Positions 56,433-64,000 of a stretch of 64,000 nt of DNA are shown piece by piece (positions within the stretch are counted from its first letter, which is position 1; each line of letters starts with the position of its first letter). This stretch comes from a virus. Position numbers and translations under genes: made by a program. The notes beneath the pieces are model-generated. The model was not told the origin of the DNA and made no database searches. It saw nothing but the letters and a program-made list of their open reading frames with translations. The DNA is taken from IMG/VR virus record IMGVR_UViG_3300035232_000453. The stretch is one strand, 5' to 3'.

Positions 56433-56461
56433 ATTATACTAAACTATTCTTTAATTGTCAA
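56433..56461 (-). promoter_or_regulatory. consensus sigma70 promoter, near-leaderless dNMP kinase mRNA
   Basis: TTGACA-17 nt-TATAAT-7 nt-ATG. Confidence 0.75.
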
Positions 56462-56647
56462 GTTATCTTTTTTTAATTTACTACACCGTTTACATCTACA
56501 ATGATCACAAATTTTAATTTGTCTGTATTCGCCACCATCGCATGCGTAGTCTTTTACTTCTGCATATCTGGATGTTCCGCAATGAGATCCCCACCCGCAA
56601 TTTTGACAATAAGCGCCGTTTGTATCATGAATTGTATTTAAGTGCAT
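56444..56647 (-). CDS. small Cys-rich hypothetical protein
   Basis: CQNCG..SHCG...CDHCRCKRC. Confidence 0.7.
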   Translation of the reverse strand: MHLNTIHDTNGAYCQNCGWGSHCGTSRYAEVKDYACDGGEYRQIKICDHCRCKRCSKLKKDNLTIKE

Positions 56648-57385
56648 TTAGCCGATTACAAATCCGAGACCAGTACTTCCATCACTGTATAATGTTAGTT
56701 CCATCTCTAATTTGTCAATCTCACCTTGAGCGTCTGTTCTCAATTGGTCTGCGTTCATTGTAGTACCACCCTGTGGTCCTGCAATCTGTGTAAACTTACC
56801 ACGAGCTTCTGCTAGAATTAGTTTAGCATGAGCAAATGCGTAATCCTTTATCCAAGGACCTGCATATGTATCTTCAAGTAAACTTTCAGTTGGTCTGTAG
56901 TTATAGCAATGCAGTACTGCATTGTCATCTGCTTTAATTTTTCTTTGTAGGATTAATTTTTTATCTTGTGGGCGCCAAGTAAACATTAGTTCTGCACCAA
57001 ATAGTTTACCCATTGTTTCTCTGTTTTGTTGTAAAAAATCAAAACTCGATAGTCCACCATTTCTGCTACTACCTAATAAGTACGTGTTAAGGTAAGCTGC
57101 TTGAAACGGTTCTATATCATTTCCTGTTCCACTACTTACACCTGTTGTTCGTCTGTAAATATCTCTAACTTCCATTACTTCAGATGGAAGTGTATATTCA
57201 CTTTGGTCTTTTACCATTTCTAGTATAATAAAACTTTCTTCTACGGCGTTTTCTGCACGTTGTCTATATTTTGCAAGTGCCTTATCGGCGGCAAGTTCAT
57301 AGTGTTCTGGGTCGAGTTCAACATCAACCATTCCACCGCCTAAGCGTAGTTCTATTTCTTTTTGAAGTTTATTTATTGCTGCCAT
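56648..57385 (-). CDS. gp13: neck protein
   Basis: LRLGG..VDVEL, WIKDY..A..K, RGKF..I.GP.GG; late promoter 57405-57411. Confidence 0.85.
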   Translation of the reverse strand: MAAINKLQKEIELRLGGGMVDVELDPEHYELAADKALAKYRQRAENAVEESFIILEMVKDQSEYTLPSEVMEVRDIYRRTTGVSSGTGNDIEPFQAAYLNTYLLGSSRNGGLSSFDFLQQNRETMGKLFGAELMFTWRPQDKKLILQRKIKADDNAVLHCYNYRPTESLLEDTYAGPWIKDYAFAHAKLILAEARGKFTQIAGPQGGTTMNADQLRTDAQGEIDKLEMELTLYSDGSTGLGFVIG

Positions 57386-57418
57386 TTAAGTTTCTCCTAC
57401 TATGTATTTATCATAGTA

Positions 57419-58714
57419 TCACTTATTGAAGGCGGCTAATAAGATAGTTTCTCCGTTGATTCGTCCATTTAGTTTAGTTTCAGTTGTTTTTAGTGTTTCA
57501 AACAACTTTTCTGTTTTTGCTCTTGTGGCTTTTTTAATTTCTGGTAGAAACTCTTGTGGCTTACGAATTGTTCGTTGTAAACTCTTTTCTTCGTCATAGC
57601 CAGTTATAGTAGTTCCTTTAACACTTAGTCCACTACCTTCTCGTTTTAGTCCCATTGGGTCTACGTTCTTAGCATAGTACACTCCAACCTTGCGGTTCTT
57701 AGTGTTAAAAACCACCAGTATGCGGGCGTAAATAATATCTGCTGGTGTTATACTACCTAAACCGTATTCGGCGTCTGTTTGCTTAAATTTGAGCTTCTTA
57801 ACAAGGTCTTCTGGACTCTTTGTACGTGTCTTTCGTGGCTTACGACTTGCTTTGCTTTCTGCTTCAACAATATCACATGCATCTACAATTTTACGATATA
57901 TTTCCAAAGCACCTTTTTGTTGTGCAGTAGACATATGTTCGTAGCCTTCTTCTAACTGCAAACGCATATCGTCTTTGTCTTCTTTTTTAACTTTTTTAGC
58001 AAGCTCTGTAAACTCTGCAACATTATCTTTGTATATGTTACGAATAATTCGTACATGTGCCTGCTTTGCAGTTACTCTACGTAGCATCATATCTGGTTTA
58101 AAATCTTTTGCAAGTTTTGGATCATATCCACTAACTACCCACTGCTCTAAGAATTCTTCTATCTCATCAGTCATTTGCAATGCGGCTGCATGAAGCAGTT
58201 GTTGTATAGTAGGCTTTGGCCTATTATTTCGTTTTGCTTCTGCTTCTGCTAAACGCTCTGCTTCTTCTACATGTTCTTTGCCATCTTCAATTGCTCGTTT
58301 AATTGTTTTATTAATAAACTCACTAATTGGTGTAGGAGTACCTCCTGTACCAGGAAGACTTTCCCAATATGCATTCCAGGCCAAGTGTTCATCTGGACAA
58401 CCCATTGTAAGCATACGACAGTAATATCCTGTTGTTGCATTTATGGATCCAGCTTTTGCTGCCTTAACACATTTTATATCTTTTTTATCATAACCATTTG
58501 CAAGCATCCAATCCCATGCAAAATCTATAAGAACAGCAGTTTTATAATTTTTGTAATAATAATCAGTTGCGGCTTGACGCTTCATGTGGTATTCTTTACC
58601 AGACCATCCGTCTGCGCCTTCCCAATTAGGATCTTTTAACTGATTTGCACGAATTCTCTCAGAGGGTCGCCGAGGTTGCTTCTTTTTTATTTTTATTCCA
58701 GCCAATCTAGCCAT
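57419..58714 (-). CDS. conserved T4-like phage hypothetical protein
   Basis: start moved to MARLAG (GGAG RBS); FNTKNRK, VKGTT, RKP, NGRIN motifs. Confidence 0.75.
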   Translation of the reverse strand: MARLAGIKIKKKQPRRPSERIRANQLKDPNWEGADGWSGKEYHMKRQAATDYYYKNYKTAVLIDFAWDWMLANGYDKKDIKCVKAAKAGSINATTGYYCRMLTMGCPDEHLAWNAYWESLPGTGGTPTPISEFINKTIKRAIEDGKEHVEEAERLAEAEAKRNNRPKPTIQQLLHAAALQMTDEIEEFLEQWVVSGYDPKLAKDFKPDMMLRRVTAKQAHVRIIRNIYKDNVAEFTELAKKVKKEDKDDMRLQLEEGYEHMSTAQQKGALEIYRKIVDACDIVEAESKASRKPRKTRTKSPEDLVKKLKFKQTDAEYGLGSITPADIIYARILVVFNTKNRKVGVYYAKNVDPMGLKREGSGLSVKGTTITGYDEEKSLQRTIRKPQEFLPEIKKATRAKTEKLFETLKTTETKLNGRINGETILLAAFNK

Positions 58715-58877
58715 TGTTATTGTCTCCGTTATATTCATCAAATAACCTGCGTTCCATGTCGTCGGCTATTTTTCGGTACTTATCAATAACAGAAGAAATC
58801 TGTCGTTTAGAGGTTAAATCTTGTGTTTTAGAGTATAGATCGTTTAATTCGTCTATAAAAGATAATATTTCGAGCAT
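58707..58877 (-). CDS. small hypothetical protein, 56 aa (not in ORF track)
   Basis: MLEILSFIDELNDLYSKTQDL...; GGGAG RBS; overlaps next start. Confidence 0.65.
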   Translation of the reverse strand: MLEILSFIDELNDLYSKTQDLTSKRQISSVIDKYRKIADDMERRLFDEYNGDNNNG

Positions 58878-58914
58878 TTGCGTTACTCCCTTTGATTAGT
58901 GATTTAAAACAAGT

Positions 58915-59289
58915 TTACGCTAAAACTTTAATTTCGTCAACCTTTTTAAATCCAAAGTCAGCAACAACATGTTTTACACCGTCTGTTCCTTCAACAATAT
59001 CACCAACACTAAGACTGTGCATAGGTGCTAATCGTTCAATTAATTCTTCTGGACCCATGTTTCCTACATGAAACACACCTTCGAGATTTAATGCAGTAAT
59101 ATTACTAACATGTGTGTAATATCCTCTGTTGAATGCATCAGCGGCAAGTCTACCTGTATCTTCTCTACCAAGATTCATGTCTAATCTTAGAGAATTTTTA
59201 TGAACTGCACTGTGACCTTCTTCGTTAATAAGATCAATTTCAGCGTCTGTTAGTCTAATTTGAAATACTTTAAATGCTTGCATGTTCAT
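58915..59289 (-). CDS. early YodL-like domain protein
   Basis: MHSLSVGDIV...DFGF; start moved to MNMQAF because the promoter lies inside the longer ORF. Confidence 0.7.
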   Translation of the reverse strand: MNMQAFKVFQIRLTDAEIDLINEEGHSAVHKNSLRLDMNLGREDTGRLAADAFNRGYYTHVSNITALNLEGVFHVGNMGPEELIERLAPMHSLSVGDIVEGTDGVKHVVADFGFKKVDEIKVLA

Positions 59290-59322
59290 AGTTGGTTTCC
59301 TTTTTTTATTTAATATACTTAT

Positions 59323-59351
59323 ATTATAGAGCAAGATGTCTTACTTGTCAA
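59323..59351 (-). promoter_or_regulatory. early promoter with palindromic spacer (copy 5)
   Basis: TTGACA-17 nt-TATAAT; AGCAAGATGTCTTACT. Confidence 0.85.
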
Positions 59352-59365
59352 CCTTTTTAGTCAAG

Positions 59366-59390
59366 AAAAAACCCTTGCAGAACAAGGGTT
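59366..59390 (-). terminator. intrinsic terminator of promoter cassette (copy of 547-571)
   Basis: AACCCTTG-loop-CAAGGGTT then T run. Confidence 0.7.
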
Positions 59391-59415
59391 TAAAAGTTTT
59401 TTATTTTATTTTATT

Positions 59416-60387
59416 TTATTTTTCGTTGATTTGACGCTCAAATTCTCTCAAACGCTTAAACACACTCATTAATTCAATAAGTGTTGGCCACGCTCTAAAG
59501 AGATATTGCATCGAACCTTCAACTCTACCAAATGCACGAATAATCTGTTGCATTACACCTAGTGTTACAACGCCTGCTACAATAGCCGGTGCTAAGAACA
59601 CATAAGCTGATAATACGTTTGCTTGTAAGTATGTAATACGTCCTACATTAAAATACAAATAACGCAAATAAGACTTAAAGTGAATACCACGAACATCTTG
59701 GAAAAGTTCGTTAATAGTTTTTGGTCTTACAGTCTCATCATCTTCTGCAATAACAAGTATCTTACGATATGCTGCTTCTTTCTTCTGTAAATCATATTCA
59801 ACACCCACAAGTCGTAGTAACCAACCTAGTGCGATTAAGAATAATGTTCCACCTACTGACCAAACAATAGCACCTGTAACAAGTCCATATTGCCAATCAC
59901 CAAAGAAGAAGATAGGAATACCAACTGATAGTCCTAATAGAATAGGAACGAACTGAACTAGAACCATAATTGATTCAATAAAACTTGTACCTAGACCTTC
60001 CATAATTCTACTAAATTTAATAGTATCTTCTTGTACTCGTTGTGCGGCACCTTCAATAGTTCTAGCTTTGTCATAAACTGAATGATACCATTCTACCATT
60101 GCAGTACGCCATCTAAACAAATAGTGTGCTGTAAAGTAACTTACTACTACTGCGATACCTACATAGATAGCCGCTAAGTATAAGAAACTTGCTAAACTAC
60201 CCCAATACTCACCTATGGTGATTGCATTGGGTGTTGCTAGGGCTTTCTGAATCATATCATAAAACTGACCGAACCATTCGTTAATTTTAACATCAATTTC
60301 GACTTGAACCCAAAGTGATGATAAAATTATTGCTGATCCTAACCAGGACCACAATGCCCATTTCTTTTCTGTGAAAAATCTAAACAT
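59416..60387 (-). CDS. sbmA: SbmA/BacA-family inner membrane peptide transporter
   Basis: INEW.G.FYD.IQ.AL, FRWRTAM, IEGAAQRVQEDT, EAAYRK.LV.AED, EL.S..KRL. Confidence 0.9.
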   Translation of the reverse strand: MFRFFTEKKWALWSWLGSAIILSSLWVQVEIDVKINEWFGQFYDMIQKALATPNAITIGEYWGSLASFLYLAAIYVGIAVVVSYFTAHYLFRWRTAMVEWYHSVYDKARTIEGAAQRVQEDTIKFSRIMEGLGTSFIESIMVLVQFVPILLGLSVGIPIFFFGDWQYGLVTGAIVWSVGGTLFLIALGWLLRLVGVEYDLQKKEAAYRKILVIAEDDETVRPKTINELFQDVRGIHFKSYLRYLYFNVGRITYLQANVLSAYVFLAPAIVAGVVTLGVMQQIIRAFGRVEGSMQYLFRAWPTLIELMSVFKRLREFERQINEK

Positions 60388-60433
60388 AGTCTTTTCCTTT
60401 TATAAAATGCAGATTATTAACTGCATACAGAAC

Positions 60434-60478
60434 TATTTATCCTAAATTTGTCTTGTATAATTCAAAATCGGATAAATA
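60434..60478. promoter_or_regulatory. divergent late promoters at the strand switch
   Basis: ATAAATA on minus (60434-60440) and plus (60472-60478). Confidence 0.65.
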
Positions 60479-60499
60479 CATTATAACAAGGAAAACCAC

Positions 60500-61567
60500 A
60501 TGCCAAGACTCAGTTTATACAAACCTTTTAAAGGAAATGATTATAAGTTTATGGATCACAGTATCCGTGAACAATTTGACATAGGCGGAACAGGTATACA
60601 TGTACACAAATACCTAGGACCCGATGTACAACAAGGTAATAATGACCCTAGTGAACCAAACTACGGCAGTGGATTAGAAATTGACAATATCACTGGAGAA
60701 GAAATTAATCCCGAAGGCTTAATTGACGAAACAAACATACAAGACTTATTGTTTATGGAAAACAGAGATCGTAAATACGATCCTGATGTTTTTGAACTAC
60801 GTGGCGTATATAATGTAAGTGACAATGACTTTGATTTAACACAATTTGGTTTGTTTTTAACAAACGATACATTGTTTATTAGTTTTCATATTAATGATAT
60901 GGTAGAACGTATGGGGCGTAGACTTATGCCCGGTGATGTAATTGAATTACCTCATTTGCGTGATGAATTATTACTTACCAATGACAGAGAGGCTATTAAT
61001 AAGTTTTATGTTGTGCAAGATGCTGCAAGAGGAAGTGAAGGTTTTTCACAAACTTGGTATCCACACATTTGGCGTGTTAAAGTAGCACCACTAACAGATA
61101 CACAAGAATACGCAGATATACTTGGTACTGCTAGTGATCCGGATAGTCTTAAAAATGATGTTAGTTCTTACAAAACAGAACTTAACATTAGTAATGCTAT
61201 TGTGGCTTCTGCAGAAGCGGCCAATCCAAATAACTTACCACTAGCTGATCATTTATTTGGACAAGCAGACGATAGTACAACATATGAACACGGTGAAGTA
61301 TTGCAACAAGGTGATCAGTTTCCTGCTCAACCAAACGAAGGTGAGTATTTTGTAAGAACAGATTTTACGCCTAACAGACTTTTTGTTAGACGAGGTAATA
61401 AATGGCATAGATTATATGATAATGTTAACGACCAAACATGGAGTGATAGAACTTATAATGCAAGTAGCTTTATTAATAATAATTCTACTAGTGTCGTTAA
61501 TAACCAAGAACAACCTGAGAAACAAGCACTATCTCAGGTAATTAAACCAAAGAGTGATTTTGAATAA
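60500..61567 (+). CDS. gp14: neck protein gp14-like with C-terminal extension
   Basis: DLLFMENRDRKY, LTQFGL, PGDVIELP; upstream of gp15. Confidence 0.75.
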   Translation: MPRLSLYKPFKGNDYKFMDHSIREQFDIGGTGIHVHKYLGPDVQQGNNDPSEPNYGSGLEIDNITGEEINPEGLIDETNIQDLLFMENRDRKYDPDVFELRGVYNVSDNDFDLTQFGLFLTNDTLFISFHINDMVERMGRRLMPGDVIELPHLRDELLLTNDREAINKFYVVQDAARGSEGFSQTWYPHIWRVKVAPLTDTQEYADILGTASDPDSLKNDVSSYKTELNISNAIVASAEAANPNNLPLADHLFGQADDSTTYEHGEVLQQGDQFPAQPNEGEYFVRTDFTPNRLFVRRGNKWHRLYDNVNDQTWSDRTYNASSFINNNSTSVVNNQEQPEKQALSQVIKPKSDFE

Positions 61568-62925
61568 TGGCACAACAATACTTTTACGATAAACAAATTA
61601 GAAGATACATTCAGCAGTTTATAAGACTGTTCAGTGGTTTTAGTGTACAAATGGGTAAGAACGAAAACAACCTTTCCATATACCAACAAGTACCAGTACG
61701 TTACGGTGATATAAACAGAATGGCGGCACATATAACTAGAGAAAATTCAGAAAACGTTATGAATACCGTGCCATTTATAAGTTGCTATGTGACTTCGTTA
61801 GATATGCTATCAGAAAGACGTACATACCAAGATCACGTAGACAAAGTTCAAGTAAACGAAAAAAAGTATGATCAGACTACAGGTGAATATACTAATGAGC
61901 TAGGAAATCAGTATACTATCGAGAGACATGCACCTGTTCCTTATAAACTAATAATGAACTGTGACATTTGGACATCAAACACAGACCAAAAACTACAATT
62001 AATGGAACAAATACTAGTGTTGTTTAACCCAACACTTGATATAAGGACTAACAGTAGTCCAGTTGATTGGACTGCTTTGAGCATGGTAGAATTAACAAAT
62101 ACAACATGGAGTACAAGAAGTGTCGGATCAAGTATTGACGATATTATTGACGTTGCAACATTAACATTTGACATTCCTATATACATTACTCCGCCTGCTA
62201 AAGTAAAACAACAAAAACTTATTCATACAATTATTAATGAATTATATAGCTTAGATGATGATGACTTAGATAGCTTTAAAAGTAACGAATCATTTAATAC
62301 TGAAACATTAAAATATACAATTGTTACATATGAAGATAAAAAAGTTAAGTATGAGAATGACACGATGCAATTATTAAATAATCAAGGTTCTAATTTAGAC
62401 ACCAACGGAGAAATCTTAAGTTGGAGCAAAGAACTAACTCCATTTGGAACATTACGTGACGGAATAAGTCAAGTGAGATTACGAAAGGGAGCAGATCCAT
62501 CAGACAATGATGATGATATAGTTGGACGATTAGAAGCACATCCAAGCGATCCTAATTTACTAAATGTTACTATAGATACTGCAACGTTAAGAACAAATAC
62601 TCTTCAACCAATTGACGGTGTTGTTGACCCTAGCAAAAATTACCCAGGAGACGGAAGTGTTCCTAGTGTTGTTTCTGGTCAAAGATATGTTGTTTTAAAT
62701 GATTGCCCAGTGTCAGCACAATGGACTAATGTAGTTGCTAATAAAAATGATATAATCGAATATAATGGATCAAGTTGGGTTGTGAGCTTTGATAGTTCTA
62801 CAATAAATGATACACAATACGTAACAAATGTTTCAAGTGATGATCAATTGGAATGGAATGGCACAGATTGGATTAATAGCTATGAAGGAATTTATAATTC
62901 TGGATACTGGCGAATATATCTGTAA
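61567..62925 (+). CDS. gp15: tail sheath stabiliser/terminator with C-terminal extension
   Basis: YFYD.QIRRY, VPVRYG, PVPY, QLMEQIL.LFNP, ITPP. Confidence 0.85.
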   Translation: MAQQYFYDKQIRRYIQQFIRLFSGFSVQMGKNENNLSIYQQVPVRYGDINRMAAHITRENSENVMNTVPFISCYVTSLDMLSERRTYQDHVDKVQVNEKKYDQTTGEYTNELGNQYTIERHAPVPYKLIMNCDIWTSNTDQKLQLMEQILVLFNPTLDIRTNSSPVDWTALSMVELTNTTWSTRSVGSSIDDIIDVATLTFDIPIYITPPAKVKQQKLIHTIINELYSLDDDDLDSFKSNESFNTETLKYTIVTYEDKKVKYENDTMQLLNNQGSNLDTNGEILSWSKELTPFGTLRDGISQVRLRKGADPSDNDDDIVGRLEAHPSDPNLLNVTIDTATLRTNTLQPIDGVVDPSKNYPGDGSVPSVVSGQRYVVLNDCPVSAQWTNVVANKNDIIEYNGSSWVVSFDSSTINDTQYVTNVSSDDQLEWNGTDWINSYEGIYNSGYWRIYL

Positions 62926-62974
62926 TACAGATGACCCGTGTGACGATTGTACCCATTGGATAGGACATATATGA
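62882..62974 (+). CDS. putative 30-aa Cys-containing peptide overlapping the gp15 end
   Basis: MKEFIILDTGEYICNTDDPCDDCTHWIGHI; ATGA-coupled to NUDIX gene. Confidence 0.4.
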   Translation: MKEFIILDTGEYICNTDDPCDDCTHWIGHI

Positions 62975-63399
62975 TAACAGCAAGTGGATGTATATTTTTA
63001 AGTATAGATACTGGCAGAGTAATGCTACAACAAAGAAGTGGTGAGGTTAATCATCCTAGAACATGGGGCTTTTTTGGTGGTAAATCTGAAGGTAACGAAA
63101 GACCTATAGAAACGCTATATAGAGAAATTGAAGAAGAAGTTGGTTTAGTTCCATCTATAGAAAAAGTTATTCCCATAAATAAATTTACCAGTCCAAATAA
63201 AAAATTTGTGTACAATAGTTTTGTTGTTACAGTACAAGACGAATTTATACCCGTACTAAACAATGAAAGTGACGGGTATTGTTGGGTTAAAATTGGAAAC
63301 TGGCCCAGACCAGTACATCCTGGTGCAAAGATACAGTTTAACTCAAAACAATTTGTTAAGAAACTTAAAACTGTACTTGCACATCAGATTAAAAAATAG
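62971..63399 (+). CDS. NUDIX hydrolase
   Basis: GGKSEGNERPIETLYREIEEEVG Nudix box; start moved to MITASG (AGGA RBS). Confidence 0.92.
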   Translation: MITASGCIFLSIDTGRVMLQQRSGEVNHPRTWGFFGGKSEGNERPIETLYREIEEEVGLVPSIEKVIPINKFTSPNKKFVYNSFVVTVQDEFIPVLNNESDGYCWVKIGNWPRPVHPGAKIQFNSKQFVKKLKTVLAHQIKK

Positions 63400-63404
63400 A
63401 AATA

Positions 63405-64000
63405 TTAAGTTATTTTCTTTTTCATAGAAGCAACAAACTGCTCACGTAACCATTCAAAATCATTAATTTTATTTAAGGCTTCAATATCATCTTTGTGTTC
63501 AAGTCCGTATGTTTTGCCTTCATTAGCACCTTTGATACAATAACGTCCAAAACGTTCTCCGTTATCAACTGTACACCATGTTTCTAATCTTGAATCAGTT
63601 TCTTCCTGATTTTGATTTGGATTAACAGAACTAGCTAACTTAACACATTCACGAAATGCACTACGCCATGTTCTGTATGGATCTTTATTAAATCTTGTAA
63701 TGTTTGACACATCCTTGATTGGCTGGTAGAAAGAAGTACCTGTTGTATAATCTGGTAATTCGTGTCCCAATGATAATAATTGTTCACGTGGGAACAATTT
63801 AACTGCTCCATATCCATATTCTAAATCATTGATAGGATTTTTAGAGCTCCATACATATGTTGTATTCTTACGCTTACTCATTGGTGGAATAAAATCAAAA
63901 CTAAAGTGTCCTGAAATATCTGCATCTGCATCAACTATGTATACCATTTCGGTTTTTGCTAGTTCTCCAACTTTTTTATGTGCATTTCCAATACCTTCAA
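63405..64000 (-). CDS. putative glycosyltransferase-like protein (5' end beyond window)
   Basis: frame open to window edge; AH...VDADAD (DxD), YGYGAVKL, WRSAFRECVKL. Confidence 0.65.
   Translation of the reverse strand, partial: EGIGNAHKKVGELAKTEMVYIVDADADISGHFSFDFIPPMSKRKNTTYVWSSKNPINDLEYGYGAVKLFPREQLLSLGHELPDYTTGTSFYQPIKDVSNITRFNKDPYRTWRSAFRECVKLASSVNPNQNQEETDSRLETWCTVDNGERFGRYCIKGANEGKTYGLEHKDDIEALNKINDFEWLREQFVASMKKKIT

Noticed and set aside
2463-58899. Many plus-strand ORFs in the track (e.g. 8291-8710, 12775-13479, 46969-47487)
   Set aside because: They are antisense shadows of well-supported minus-strand genes, with Ser/Leu/Phe-rich composition and no RBS; only 31870-32241 was kept
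1-64000. CRISPR array
   Set aside because: The repeats are dispersed promoters or in-frame coding repeats; there is no regular repeat-spacer series and no cas genes
1-64000. Stop-codon reassignment
   Set aside because: Core genes are full length in code 11, TAA, TAG and TGA all end genes, and no suppressor tRNA is present

Overview
AT-rich 64 kb segment of a large, divergent T4-like myovirus, probably aquatic or marine; host and family cannot be fixed from the sequence alone. Almost all genes are on the minus strand, with a switch at about 60.45 kb. Core genes include nrdA, nrdB, glutaredoxin, gp41 helicase, gp61 primase, uvsW/X/Y, gp32, dNMP kinase, terminase, gp4, tail tube, tail sheath, gp13/14/15 and PAAR. 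There are four tRNAs (Glu, Asn, Ala, Thr) and many accessory enzymes. The most notable observations are: (1) a 947-aa probable head protein built from small modules joined at x-x-E sites, with DNA-level repeats at the junctions shared with another head gene; (2) a 195-aa miniature DnaE-like polymerase core keeping all three catalytic Asp; (3) a seven-gene coupled enzyme operon (GNAT, DUF6356-like, R-selective-type transaminase, cupin oxygenase, flavin halogenase, divergent GMP reductase, minimal adenylation enzyme); (4) five dispersed sigma70 promoters whose spacer is a conserved 16-bp palindrome; (5) apparently leaderless replication genes; (6) several candidate RNA elements. All family calls come from motif recognition by eye, not from database searches.
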